This document shows, one piece after another, positions 35,821 through 48,897 of a DNA stretch of 64,000 nucleotides. The position numbers were made by a program, and so were the translations under genes. The notes beneath the pieces are model-generated. The model made no database searches. It was not told the DNA's origin and worked only from the letters and a program-made list of their open reading frames with translations. Within the stretch, counting starts at the first letter, position 1, and each line of letters starts with the position of its first letter. This DNA comes from Zygnema circumcarinatum SAG 698-1b (Eukaryota > Plantae > Zygnematophyceae): positions 62,001 through 126,000 of the forward strand of contig CM074819.1 in the NCBI GenBank assembly GCA_037447605.1. The letters run 5' to 3'.

Positions 35821-37459
35821 GAAGGGTGGAAAAAATTGGGGTAGCAGCTAGCCACGCCCCTGCACCAGGACCAGCACAAGATCGCAACCAAGCACGTGCA
35901 ACATCGGAAGGGAGAGCCGCAAGAAGGGTAGAAAATCAGCGGCAACAACCTCCTCGGTCACAGTTGGCTGGACACGCGAAACTGATTCAACAGTTAAAGA
36001 AGCAAAAGGGGGGACGCGAGCCTGAGCACTAGGAGGGAGCAAACCATGAGCAGCACGCAAAGCAACCTGGAACGAAAGATGACCATCATCAACATGAGCA
36101 ACAACAGACTGAAGCAACGGACGATCATCCACAAGGAAACGCAAAGCTAAAACCGGAGCAACAAGAGCCCAGCTACCCAAAAAAGCAGGGGATGCAACAC
36201 GCGCAGTGGGGACAAGCCCCAAACCACCTGCAGAAATAAGAACTGAGGCCTGCAGACGAGCAAGTGGACCTTCCGGCCGGTCAAAAATACCCGGACCCAA
36301 AAGACGATGACACACAGAAAAAAGGCGCTCATCAAAAGTATGCAAGGATGCCAAAAAAGCAAGGGTAGGGGGTAAGGTCCGTAAAAGAAAAGAGGGACGT
36401 AAAGCAAAACAATGAGTAAGCAAGGAAAAGGCCACCTGGGGATCAAACCTCAGGCAACTCATCAACCTGAGACAAATCATCAACCAAAGCATCATCCACA
36501 AAATGGTCAACATACGATGCAGCCCCAAAAGGGCAACCAAGGACGCGAATACCAAGTGCGTGTGAACAGGCCTGTATACCAGATGGAAGCGAAAGGGAAG
36601 AGGGGAGACCAACCGGAGACCAAGCAAAACACTTGGACAAATTAATGGTGAGCTGCAAAGCTGCCAAGCGAACAGTGAAATCAGTAAACGCAGCAACAAC
36701 CTGCTCGGCAGGGCAAATAATGCGAGTATCATCTGCAACCAAAGGGAAAAGACACCCTAGAAAGGCCTGTGCAGATGCTCGGAGCGCACGAAGGTGCGCT
36801 AAAGCAAACAACGGACCCCCCAATGGGTCACCCTGGCGCGTTCTTGTTGCAGACTCAAGAGTGGCAAGAAAATTGTCAGTACCACCAAGAGGGAAAAGGA
36901 GAGGGCTGGAGCAAGAATAAAAGGCACGAACAAAAGGAAAAATGGAAGCAATAGGGGCAGGTGCCTCGCGCAACTCCCGGAAAATCTCCTCACGTGCGAC
37001 AGTGTTGAAGGCGTTCGTCACATCAACCTGTAAAACCACCCAATCCGGATAAAGGTCAAGAGTCGCTTGAATGCCATGAACAACAGCCTCACAACCCCTC
37101 GGGGTCGCAACACCAAACTGATAAGGGGAGAAGTGATCCTGAAAAGCCCCCTGCAACTGCAAACACATAGCACGGGCAACCACACGATACAAAACCTCCC
37201 CCACAGCGATGGGGCAAACACCTCCGGTAGGCTTAGCAAGAGCTACTAAACGAGCAGAGGTGAGGAGATGACTAATAGACACAGGGACTCGACCCTGAGC
37301 AATGATAAAAGCAAGCTGGAAGAACAAGTCAAAACCACCCTCGCCCGTGTCGGGAGAAAAGACATCTCGAAATAACTCATAAACCATGCCTGACGGCCCC
37401 CCGGCAGACAAATGGGGAGACCGAGTGACCGCCCGAGCAAAAGCGACACGATCCAACAC
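35821..37459 (-). mobile_element. Non-LTR retrotransposon RT fragment, CRE/Cnl1-like clade, frameshifted near 36443
   Basis: Motifs SAGGPSG, ARLVALAKPTGGV(C)PIAVGE, QFGVATPRGCEAVVH, DVTNAFNTV, RQGDPLG, ADD, INLSKC and VLGCPFG, then GGLGL...AFLGSW in the next frame. Confidence 0.85.
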
Positions 37460-38118
37460 AAAGGCATCAATGTATAATACAGTATTAATACTGTATTATA
37501 CACTGTATAATACCATATGTATCGAACGCGTATATAATACGTCGTATAATACATTTGTATTATACGGCATTTTAAAATACAATGTACTTTATATGTATTT
37601 AACGTCTTTTCTTTCACTTTCTTGCTAATTAAACGGAGATTGATTATAATAATTGAAGCTTGAAGTCGTAAGGCAGTTCTAGGACACCTTGTACTAGTTT
37701 CAAAATAGTTGTATTGAAAATTAGGTCCACAAGAGAGGGTTTCAAGAGTGACGGTGATGATGGGACATGTGGTAGACTAGTAGTGTTGCTAGCCTAGCAC
37801 CTCAATACGTGTGACTTGGTGCGTACAAATTTGTACATAATTTTCGTAGGAAAATTCTATTCTCACACCTTTTTTGTCTACACACAGACCTTTTTTCGCC
37901 GGGCAGGTTCTATTTTAGAAAATCGAAAAATGCTTTTTTAACTCCTTTTTTGTCTATACACACTCCTTTTTCCGTCGGGCAGATTTTACCCCTGATTTTT
38001 TTTTTTGGAGTGAAAAAAAATATCGGCTTGCCCGAATCCGCTGAAGCGGAAGATCCCTCCGCCACGAGAATCGTTCGCGGGTGTGCGTCCTTCACACATG
38101 CATTGAATCTCCCCCATC

Positions 38119-39043
38119 GAAGCGTACGAAAAGGAAAATTCTGCTCTCACACCTTTTTTGTCTACACACAGACCTTTTTTCGTCGGGCAGGTTCTATTTT
38201 AGAAAAAAAAGGACTAACAGCGAAAAATGCTTTTTTCATTCCTTTCTGGAATCGATACAAACCTTTTTCCGTCGGGCAGATTTTACCCCTGATTTTGTTT
38301 TTGGAGAGGATAAAATCGGCTTTCCCAAATCCGCTAGGAGCGAACGATCCGTTCGCCACGAGATCGTTCACGGGTTTGCGTTATTTACACGTGCGGTGAA
38401 TCTCCGCCGTCAACTAACTCGCAGATCGCACCACGCCAGATCATCGTTCGATCTGCAGTTGGGCTCGGTCCCAGCGAATGGCACGTGCCCACGTGCCCCA
38501 CCAAAGCCGGCTGGCACGAGCTAGAGCGCGCGTCCCTCGGCCCGAGATCTCCACAAAATATGAGCTTGACTGGCCAGCCATCCCAACTATCAGCCAATCA
38601 CCATCTGCCACGTGTACCCTTAATCACGTGGCAGATTATAATTGGTCCAGGCATTCAATGTACGGTATTTCGCCTTTCCTCGAAACTGCGACCGTACAGT
38701 TTTTGTATGGACCCACTTTGAGCGGATTTGGCGGGACACGTGGGCCCGTGCCATTCGCTGGGACCGAGCCCAACTGCAGATCGAACGATGATCTGGCGTG
38801 GTGCGATCTGCGAGTTAGTTGACGGCGGAGATTCACCGCACGTGTAAATAACGCAAACCCGTGAACGATCTCGTGGCGAACGGATCGTCCGCTCCTAGCG
38901 GATTTGGGAAAGCCGATTTTATCCTCTCCAAAAACAAAATCAGGGGTAAAATCTGCCCGACGGAAAAAGGTTTGTATCGAAAAAGGAAAAAGGGTTTTTA
39001 GGGAAAAAGGTGTGAGAGCAGAATTTTCCTTTTCGTACGCTTC
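38119..39043. mobile_element. Foldback / long-TIR non-autonomous DNA element
   Basis: Outer TIR GAAGCGTACGAAAAGGAAAATTCTGCTCTCACACCTTTTT. Near-perfect ~245-bp inner arms at 38252-38495 and 38737-38980. A related fragment lies at ~37845-38100. Confidence 0.85.
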
Positions 39044-39462
39044 TATGTCTGACTGTACGGATCAGTACATTGTATAATACCGTATTAATACGGTATTATA
39101 CATTGTATCGAACCTCAAGGTGGGGTCTTCAAGGTGTATAGTACCGAGCTACTGTATTAACCTGAGGTACCGTACATGACAGTCGGACGTCCGATGTACG
39201 GTACCGTACGGTAAATGTTGTTCTTTGCCTACAGTCGCACCTGCCGCGGTCTTTCACCTTCCGAGTTTCGAGTTGTACTGTACGGTAGTACAATCCGACC
39301 GTTAGTCTTTTGTTTGACCAGTCGTGGCGAACCGCGTAGACGACGGTTGCATTCCTCGAAACGGACGGCTCTTCCCGTCCCTTCAGCCCAACTATTTAAA
39401 GTTAAAACGCATCCCTTGTCTGACTCGGGCAAGATTGCGCGGAGTGCTGCATGTGTTCAGCC

Positions 39463-42400
39463 ATGAGGATGCATCTGCCTGGGATTGTCCTTCTTTCTTT
39501 TCTGTTTCTCCTATCTCCTAATGCATCCATTTCGGCCAACTCAATTTCTGTAAAAACAATTCCATCAGAAGGTAGACGTTCATCTCCCCAATCTCGGTTC
39601 GACTCTTGATTCGGATAAGTTTGCAATTTTATTTCCTTGTGTGGATAAGAGTCTTTTTTGGTTGTATTTAAAGGGTTATCGCACTCAAATCGAAGGATTT
39701 TATTTTTTTGGTTGCAGTGGAAGCTTGGCAAGTAATGAAGTCTACAGTGGATGTGGAGATTCTGAACTTGACCAATTTATCAGATCCGTGTGAATGGACC
39801 TACAATCTTCATCCGATTTTGCAAATAGACTGCTTGAACGAGACTGATCAACGTTTTGTCAGTAAACTGTATGTGAACTCGAAAACGGGTACAGCAGTGC
39901 TGTGTTGTGTTTGGCAGGTAGGTTTACCAGGTTATCCTCTTTGAAACCGTGTGACGTAAGTGACGGAAAGCTTCCATATTGTGCAGGATATTTCGAGGCC
40001 CGGCTTTTCAGGGAGAGTTAAGTCCCAGAATCAGTGATTTCACCAGACTTCAAATGCTGTAAGCCTAAACTCCTGTCGACATACTGAAGACGAGAGCGCT
40101 ACACTCCATTCTGGATAGTGAATGCTTTTCCTGTTTCGTCGTATTTAACACTCAGTCTCTTCTTGTAGATTTTTTGGTCGACAATGATGTTTTCCCTTTT
40201 TTCTCTCTTCCCGTTAAATGGTGCATCGCAACATATGCTGTATATTTATTGAGAGGCATGTGTTTCAAAATAGCACCATAATTTTTTTTTTTTTCCTTCT
40301 AGGATGATAAATGACACAAACATGGGCGGCCCTCTTCCTTTATCTTTTTCAAATCTTACTCAACTGGAAAGGGTGTAAGTGCTCCCCTTTGTGCTTCCAT
40401 TTGTCTAAATTTCTTAAATCCTCTGTTCTTGAAATGCCGAAACGGAGTTGTTGATTCATGGATATTAATCTCGATGTAATTTGTAAGAATGGGCTTTTCA
40501 TATTTTGGATCAAATCGATTTGGTTTTGTGCAGGGACTTGAATTTTAACAACTTTACGGGCCCTCTTCCTAATTTCTGCAACATGCCTAAACTTGAGTTA
40601 ATGTAATGCCCTGTATAGAATGCCCACATTCCCGCGACTTAATTTGAAATTGTTTAGTCCCTTTTCTACATTTTTTATATACGTTTTGTGCTACCGCTTG
40701 TAGCACAGGTTTTGGATTTTTCCTTTCCATGCGACATGTATGTTGAATTTATAAATCAGTGGAATCGTATCTAGCATAAACCCTAAAATTGTACATTACC
40801 AGTAATTGTAAAAGAAAAAGTAAAACTATTTATAGGGTTTATGCATGGGATAAAATTTCGAGATGATTGACTTTGCATGGTCCACTTCCAAAGAAATTAA
40901 TGGTCTCACGTTGTCTTGTAATTTTTCATGCAGAAAACTATTTTTTAACCAGTTCGTCGGTACATTGGACGCTTTACGCTGTTTTAGTGGGAAAGCCCTG
41001 TAAGCATCATCCTTAAGCAATTATTTCTATCGCTGCTCGTGGGTCGTGTGGCAGCTACTTCCGAATTGATTGTACTCACTCACGCATTATGTTGCAGGGC
41101 CTTGTCCGGGAACCAGTTGGAGGGCCAAATTCCAGTCATTGGAGGTTTATCACATCTGTAAGTCACAAACGCTGGTTAGATCATTTTATTTAGCACTGGA
41201 ATTTGTGTGTTTAGATCATTTCAAGGGAATTTAAACACGCTTAGTGCATATGCAGGACTGGATGTGACGTACCTTAACCCTGCATTAGTCAACCCTGCAT
41301 CACTATAAAGATGTTTCCAGTATTTAGATATTTCCGGTTCTCCCAAAACATGAACAATTGGCCTTATAAGGAACGACTGTGAATTGAAGCTGACCTGAAA
41401 CTGTGTTTCAATGCCAGAAATTTCTTTCTTTCTTTTCCTCTCAACCGAACCGGCTGCGCACGCGTGCGTGCGATGTCGCAGTGCTTTTCGTTTTGTAACA
41501 AATTTTTTGGTTTACCTTGTTTCTCAGCACGAAATGAAAAATTATGGATTATGATGGTGAATGTTCTAATGCATAAACCTTGTGCAGATTTCTCGATAGT
41601 AACAGATTCAACGGCTCACTCCCGGCGGAACTTGTAAACCAGCCCGATCTAATTTATATGTGAATAACCGCTGTGCCTTTTCTCCTTAGATATTGCGCAG
41701 TAATAATTCCTCTTCAATTTCCTTATATTGACTTGGCTCGGGTTCTGAGAAACTTTTTGAATTTCCCTGGAAAGGCGCTTCTGCTCCTGGTTAGTTTGTG
41801 GCTAAATTTGACGCGCTGAGTTTTGCAGGTCCGTCGCAAACAATCGGCTTTCTGGAGAACTGCCGGACGCGTTTTGCCCTAGCGGAATTCTCCGAAAACT
41901 GTAAGATTTCATCGTGTGTTTCTACTTCATACTTTTACCATTTACATAAAAGCTTACCACCTTAGGGCGTGTGGACTGAACTTCTGCAGGATGGTACAGA
42001 ACAACAGTTTCAGTGGAACGATTCCACCGTCTCTCACAAATTGCACGAACCTTTTTTTTGGGTACGTATTGAGTGCTGAAAGCAGCCTGTTCCACCATAA
42101 GACTATGACTGACTCACAGTTTTTCTCTAATTATCAAGTAGTCTACGAATGATGAACAGCCGCCACAGTAGCTCCAATGTATTGTATTCACGTTGTTTTT
42201 GGTCTACATCTGATGGTTTTGACGCAGAGACTTTTCAAACAACAATTTCTCTGGCGAAATACCTACTTTCTTTGGCTCAGGGATTTATGGGCAACAATAC
42301 TCCTTGTAAGTAGCCGGCTGTTTGTATGACATTTTGAGGCTCGACTGTAGAGTGTGACCAGGGATACGTTTAGAAAATGAAAATTGGAAAGTGGTTTGAA

Positions 42401-44622
42401 TAAGGAAAAAGATAAACAGTTATCCTCAAAGTCACAAGAATGGGTTTGGCATTGGCTTGATGATATTATCCTCCTCGTTACTCTGTATCGTTGTGGTTCA
42501 GGAATATGTCGCACAACTCTTTTTCGGGGAATATTCCAAAGGCTTTAATCGATTTCGGAAGTCAGCGAATAACGCCCTTTACACTGTGAGTAACACAGAT
42601 GTGGTGGTCAGTGCAGCGTACGCCACAACATAGCGTCAGAATTCGGCAGTTTTAAGGTATTAATGAGGTATCATGAGTTGTCCTGGCGGGCGCAGGGATT
42701 TGTCTTATAACAATCTTTCTGGTTCAATTCCTCAAGGCACATTTGACGAGGATGATATTCTGAAGTAAGCTGCTGTAACTTCCTCCTTCTCGTGTCTTTC
42801 AGCTTCCTTGCCTAGCACGTGGATCACGATATTTTTGTCCGTGAATTATAGCAAATCTATCTGTTGTATGTCTGTGGCACAGCTACGACGGGAATCCTGG
42901 ACTTTGTGGCGAGCCAGGTTTTGACGATTGTACACAAGCAGCTGCCACCACACTCCAGCCTCCCCGGCCACCTTCATTTCCTTCGAAAAAGAGTGTCAAC
43001 TTGGCTATTATCCTGCCATTGTCCATAATGGCAGTTCTAATTGCTTTTGTACTCAGTATCGTTCTTTTACGGAAATGGTGGTTTAGGAAGCCTGCGGCGT
43101 ACAATAACTTCCGCAAGAAAGATGCTAGTAAGTTGCCTACCTAGAGACCCTGAGTTTCGAAAGTTCTTAAAGTTGAAAATGACTTACGCAAATTCGAGTA
43201 TGTGCCTCTTTGTTATTGATGCAGGTAATGGTGAAAAGTGGACTGAGGTTTTGATCAAGTTCAGCTTCGATGAAATTTCAGCAGCGACTAGCGGATTTGA
43301 TTTTGAATTTCTTCTTGGTAGTGGTGGCTTTGGACATGTGTATAAAGGCATTCTGAAAGATGGACGTGAAGTGGCAGTGAAGATTCTCAATCAAGCAGGC
43401 AACCGTGCTCAGGGGGAACGAGAGTTCGACGCCGAAGTAGAAGCTATCGGCCATATTCACCATCGTCACCTTGTTAGGTTGATTGGATTTTGTTCGGAGG
43501 ACGAAAGATGTGCTTTGGTCTATGAATATCTGCGAAATGGAAGTCTCGCTTCACAACTTCATGGTCAGTTCAGGGTGTATTGCGAGAATTGACAGTGAAT
43601 GGAGGGTGAATAGGTTTGTAACAAAACCCTAATAACCCTAAAAGCTTTCGTGTCGATTCGCAGGCAATTCCACCAACGGGATGGTGTGGAGTACTCGCAT
43701 GAAAATTGCTGTTGGCACAGCCAAAGGAATTGCATATCCTTTTTGAATGTTGGTTCGTTAATATTGTTAAGTTGCATATTTCGCACATCTCTTGCAAAGA
43801 ACAGTGCGTGACCTTAATTACTTCGCACATATCTACATGAAGCTTGTGTGCCACGAATCATCCACAGAGATGTCAAACCTGCAAACATTCTTTTAGATGA
43901 GGAGTTCGAAGCGAAAGTGGGAGATTTTGGCCTCGCAAAAATTGTTCCTGATGGAGTTGCAACAGTCACGACGAGGGTAAGAATTTCTTCATTGAAGGTA
44001 GTTTTTGACATTCCTCGATCCGTTTCAACATCTGATAGCTTTTTGCCTTGTAGGTTATCGGCACGTGGGGATATGTGGCACCGGAGTATGTAAGAAATGA
44101 AAAAGTTGATGAAAGAGCGGATGTCTACAGCTACGGCATGCTGGTACTGGAACTTATTACTGGCAAACTGCCGTTCGGAGATATGGACCTCGCGAAATGG
44201 GTATGTGATTAAGTGAAGCAACGGGACTTTTCAGCATTAAATTTGAGAGAATGGAAAATGAGAAATACAAGCCAGTCTTGTTGTCAAGCCAGCCTTCAAC
44301 AAACCCTAAAAACCCCTCCTCTAAAAACCTGAAAAACCTAACCCTAAAAATTCTAGAAATTCTAAATACACAAATGGATTTGGTAAAAATGGGTAAAGTT
44401 TGAAAAATTCGCGGTGATGATATTGTGCAGGTGAAATTAATGTATTCGTCAGAAAGATTTTCTGAAATCGCAGATGTGAAATTGTACGGGGATTACAATG
44501 CAGCCGAGTTGCAAGGCATAGTGAAGTTGGCATTAGAATGCCTTGATGTGGATCCATCGAAGAGGCCGGTTATGGGAGAAATTGTACGAGCATTCGAAGG
44601 AGAATTATTCGTTCAAAAGTAA
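39463..44622 (+). CDS. LRR receptor-like kinase, 19 exons: signal peptide, LRRNT, 11 LRRs, Cys cap, TM, SERK-like RD kinase
   Basis: Exon 1 (39463-39571) reads [17 protein letters not shown]. Exon 2 has DPCEW...IDC. Eleven phase-2 exons each encode one LxLxxNxFxGxIP repeat, followed by YDGNPGLCG...DC and [25 protein letters not shown]. The kinase has [46 protein letters not shown] and DPSKRP.M. No stops or frameshifts were found after splicing. Confidence 0.95.
43734..43828 (+). other. U12-type AT-AC intron (95 nt) in the kinase domain
   Basis: 5' end ATATCCTTT, branch-like GACCTTAAT at ~43810-43818, 3' end ...CGCAC. Removal gives the in-frame [17 protein letters not shown]. Confidence 0.92.
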
Positions 44623-45479
44623 ATAGACTGAAAGCCATGCAGTTGGAGTTTTTATGAGTAAATTAGCAGTTTTTGTTTAAATTATTGATGCATATATCGT
44701 TTCAAAGCAGGGGTTTATTATTGCAATCGTTTTGCAAGATAATGATGTGAAGGAAAATTTCCCAGCCTTATAACCGAGAAAGTATTCCTATAACTTCCCT
44801 GTAGACCTGAAATCCTGAAATCCTGATAATGAGAAAAAATTGTTGAATAACACGAAAAAAATGTGTGGCAGGGTACAACATGTGAATAAGTCGAAAAAAA
44901 CATAACTCAAATAATTTGATAGAAAATAAAATTTCTTCAATTTTTGCCAAACGACTTCCTGCGCCAGACCAATCATTGCGATATGGTTCGAAAAAAATCT
45001 ACATCCGTACGGAAAATAGAAGCAAAAAAATTTATGTTGTTTATTTATGTCTAGGCGCCAAAAAACAAAAACTTGAAATTTCGCGCCTTGTTGAAAAGTT
45101 CGTACACTACCGTATATCATTCGCTGATATCCCTTCTTTACTTCTCTTTCCTCCGGCGAATCCTCCCCTCTTCCCTTCCCTTACCTCCGACTGCCTTCTT
45201 TCTTGTCAGGACGAAGCAACCACTTAAGTGTGATACATTAATCTCCATCGAGTTCAAAAACGTTCTTTTATCCTTAATACTTTGCCTTTCCTTGTTTTAC
45301 TCCCACTCTCTCTATGTCTCTCTCTCTCTTGCAATCTATTTTTCTTTCCCTCGTTTTTCTCTTTCACTATCATCCACCCCAATTCTATTTTTTCTACGTT
45401 TTCCCAAATTTCAAGCCCCCTCTCCTTCTCCTCTTCCTATTTTTTCCCATTCTTTTTCCACATTTTGCCAATAGCGCAG

Positions 45480-45836
45480 TCGAATCCTCTCTCTCCTTGT
45501 TGCTGCGTCCCATCTCGACAAACGGCCAGGCTGGAGGTGTATGCAGGTGGATTTAGTGGTCTGCTTCTAGGCGTGGCCATTGGCCTGCACGCACAACGCG
45601 CATTCCGCCCTCCACCTCCACCCTCGGGTCTCCAGACCGTACTTCACCATGCTGATGGGCGCATACATAGTTGGGAGAATGCGATTGAACCTATCAACGA
45701 CGCTGATAGCGGACGTCTCACAGAGTCGTCTCTCGACAATGTGGCAACTGCACTAAATGCGGCCATTGTAGTAAACGCCACACTGTTCTGTGTCTCATTT
45801 TTACGAAATCAAACGGCCTTACTCGTTGAGTGTTGA
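45480..45836 (+). other. Diverged copy of the two-TM ORF at 48044 (no ATG; possible exon or pseudogene)
   Basis: Aligns to 48044-48460 with a 12-nt in-frame indel and no stops. Confidence 0.35.
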
Positions 45837-48043
45837 CCGGCAAGACCCGCAGTGGCGTGACGTGATGGAGACTGTTATGGAGGTCACGTCACACAGATCA
45901 CTGATAAATTATGGGGCAAATGAGAGAGTTGTAACCCTTGATGCAGGCTGCTAGGTGCAGAGGTAGAAGCTTGCCGGAAGCATAAGGGGGACACTCTTAT
46001 AGTGGAGTAGAGAAGCGGAAGAGGAGCTCTTGCTGTGTTCTTGTGCTCCGGTGTAAAAGTTAAGATTTTTTGGCCATTGTGTTTCCTCTTTTCTTCTTGA
46101 TCTTCATATTGTTCATTCATCCTTTACTTGAGGCAGTTTCTCTGTTTTTGAATGTGATCTTGTGTTTCCACAAAGGTGGCGTCTTTTAGTCCAAGGCGTA
46201 GTGGGGAGTCATACACAGAGACATCCTCTAGCAGGTCTGGAGGCTCCGCATCTACAACTTTTGCACACGAGACAGAAGCACGAAGAAAACCAAGAAAATG
46301 AGGAAAGCAATAGCAACGAGGACTGGAATGATCCTTTCACTGACAGCTCATGACTGGTATGTGTGATACAGGCAGTCTTCTGATAAACCAGTTTCGGATA
46401 TTGTACTGTTAACTTCAGCTATGCTCTTCGGTTGTGTACTTTTCATTCGGACGTTGGATTTACCGGGGATGTGAAATTGTGAAAAATTGTGAAATGACAT
46501 TAGCAAATTCAGCCACGTCAGCAAAGTTGAATGGAGTGGGATGAAGTTGAACCATAAAAACGCAGCCTCATTTGTTCGCACTTCGAAAACATGAATTGCA
46601 CAGCCAACCGTACAAAATCTGTACGGCCACAACGTGACCACCTAATTTTCTTACCCTCTACGGTGATATTTTACGCGGCAAAGAGCCCAACCAGCCATAA
46701 TTTTAGCGCAATGGGATGCCCTTCGGAAACTTCAGCCCGCTTGGCCATTTCGTACAAATAGTATATGATGCAGTTTCCATGTTCAGAACGTNNNNNNNNN
46801 NCACCCTTGAGTACAATGTTGTTCGTGTAGTCGTAATTTCTACTTTGGAAACACTTAGGCAACCTAATATCCATTGTTTTCGTATGACAATATAAACGGC
46901 ATCATATTCGTTATGTTGTTCAATGTCTCATCCATGCGTACAATGTTGTTCTTAGCTGCTTCTAGTGTCGTGTTGTTGAGCCTAGAAAAGGTCTTCTGTT
47001 TATAGGCCTTTTCTCTTCGTCCTCAAGTCCTTTGTGGCCGATTCCTCTTGGTTCCCCATTTTGATCTTAACCATGTTGATTTGATGGCCTCGCCATCGTG
47101 AGATCAAGGCCATTTCACTTTTCTTGTTCTTGTACTTCCATTTTTCTTCTTTACTTTGACGTACCTTTTTCGTATTTTTTTGAATCCTGTGCCTGTCCAC
47201 GTCGCGCGAATCTGTTCATGCCGCAAATCTGTTCACACTGCAAATGAGCTCACACCTAATTTTCATTATTCTTTCCCTCTGCCATGTTCACGTTGCGCGC
47301 GTTCTGAGCGTGCCCTAAGGGTGCGTTTTCATGGTCCAACTTCATCCGACTGGTTGAAGCTCCGGAATTGGAAACTGAGGCGAAGAGTTGCTCAACCTCC
47401 GAATCGAAGTTAGCGTATTCAACTAGCTTCAACCAGTTGAATACAAAACGCTCGCACAATGGAGCCGGTTGAATGCCAAAACGGGCGCTTAATCCGTGCA
47501 GCTAGCGCCAACAAGCCGGCGCCATGTGGCATCCAGTGGCACCTCGCCAAATATAAGGGAACAAATGCTGGAACTCTGACTGACTCTGACAATACGAATG
47601 CTGAACTCTAGCATAATACCGCCCGCCTATGTATCATCCCTTTCCTATTGGTCCTTACAGTTGCAAAATCAAGATTTTCGCCCCATATTTGCCAAAACCA
47701 TGGCGATAAAATAAGGACACCTACTGTAATTTCTTACCTTTACGGTAATAATTTACGTGGCAAAGAGCCCAACCAGCCATAATTTTAGCACAATGGCTTG
47801 GAATGGCATACCATTCAGAAACTTCAGCCCTCTTGGCCATTTCGTACAAATGGTATATGATGCAGTTTCCATGTTCAGAACGCAACTGTGCGGAAATGTC
47901 GAAGATTGGCATGCGAGGAAACGGGCCTATGTACGGTGCAGTACTACTGCACTGGCGAAGGACGCGAACGGCCATGACGATCCGCTGCGCTAATTAAAAG
48001 GACAGCGTCTCTTCCGGGACGCCGAGGTCAAATTGGAGTCGTC

Positions 48044-48460
48044 ATGGGACCCAATTCGCACTCGGTTCCTCTCTCTCCTTGTTGCTGCGTCCCATCTCGT
48101 CAAATGGTCAGGCTGGTGGTGTATGCAGCTGGAGTTAGTGGTCTGCTTCTAGGCTTGGCCATTGGCCTGCGTGCACGTTCAAGGCCAAGACGCGCATTCC
48201 GCCCTCCACCTCTAGCCTCGGGTCTCCAGACCGCACTTAACCCCGCTGATGGGCGCATACATGGTTGGGAGAATGCGATTGAACCTGTAAATGACGCTAA
48301 TAACAGACGTCTCACACAGTCGTTTCTTGACAATGTGGCAACTGCACTAAATGCGGCCATTATAGTAAGCGCCACAGTGTTTTCTGTCTCACTTTTACGA
48401 AATCAAACGGACGGGCAGGTCCACAAAGCTCGTGGAGATAATCTAACTGGAAAGTGTTGA
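48044..48460 (+). CDS. Hypothetical 138-aa protein with a CCC motif and two hydrophobic segments; identical copy at 50474-50890
   Basis: Hydrophobic segments VVYAAGVSGLLLGLAIGL and VATALNAAIIVSATVFSVSLL; a paralog lies at 45.5 kb. Confidence 0.4.
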   Translation: MGPNSHSVPLSPCCCVPSRQMVRLVVYAAGVSGLLLGLAIGLRARSRPRRAFRPPPLASGLQTALNPADGRIHGWENAIEPVNDANNRRLTQSFLDNVATALNAAIIVSATVFSVSLLRNQTDGQVHKARGDNLTGKC

Positions 48461-48529
48461 CCGGCAAGGCCCGCACTGGCCTGACGTGATGGAGAGTATT
48501 CTGAAGGTCAGATCACATAGTCCACAGAT

Positions 48530-48897
48530 AAATTATGAGCCAGAAGAGAGAGTTGTAACACTTGATAAAGACTGTTAGGGACAGAGGAAGAAGCTTACCG
48601 GAATGTGAAGCTTTACAGCTTAAGGGGGACACTCTTGTTATGGAGTAGAGAAGTAAAAGAGGGGCTCTTGCTGCGTTTTTGTACTCCGGTGTTGAAGATA
48701 AGATTTTTTTTGCCATTATGTTTTCTCTTATCTTCTTGATCTTCGAATTGTTCATTGATTCTTTGCTTGGGGCAGTTTCTCTGTTTTTGAGTTTGATCGT
48801 GTCCTTACGCAAAGGTGGCGTCTTGTAGTCCAAGGCGTAGAGGGATGTCATCCTCAGAGGCATCCTCTAGCAGTATGGAGGCTCTGCATTTCCAACA
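48530..48897 (+). mobile_element. 3' half of a Copia LTR (copies at ~45900-46260 and 50960-51327)
   Basis: Aligns to the 3' half of the solo LTR 53731-54542 (CGCAAAGGTGGCGTC...CAGAGGCATCCTC.AGCAG) and ends TTCCAACA. Confidence 0.75.

Noticed and set aside
44300-44350. AAACCCTAA motifs as interstitial telomere
   Set aside because: Only isolated, degenerate units in an intron.
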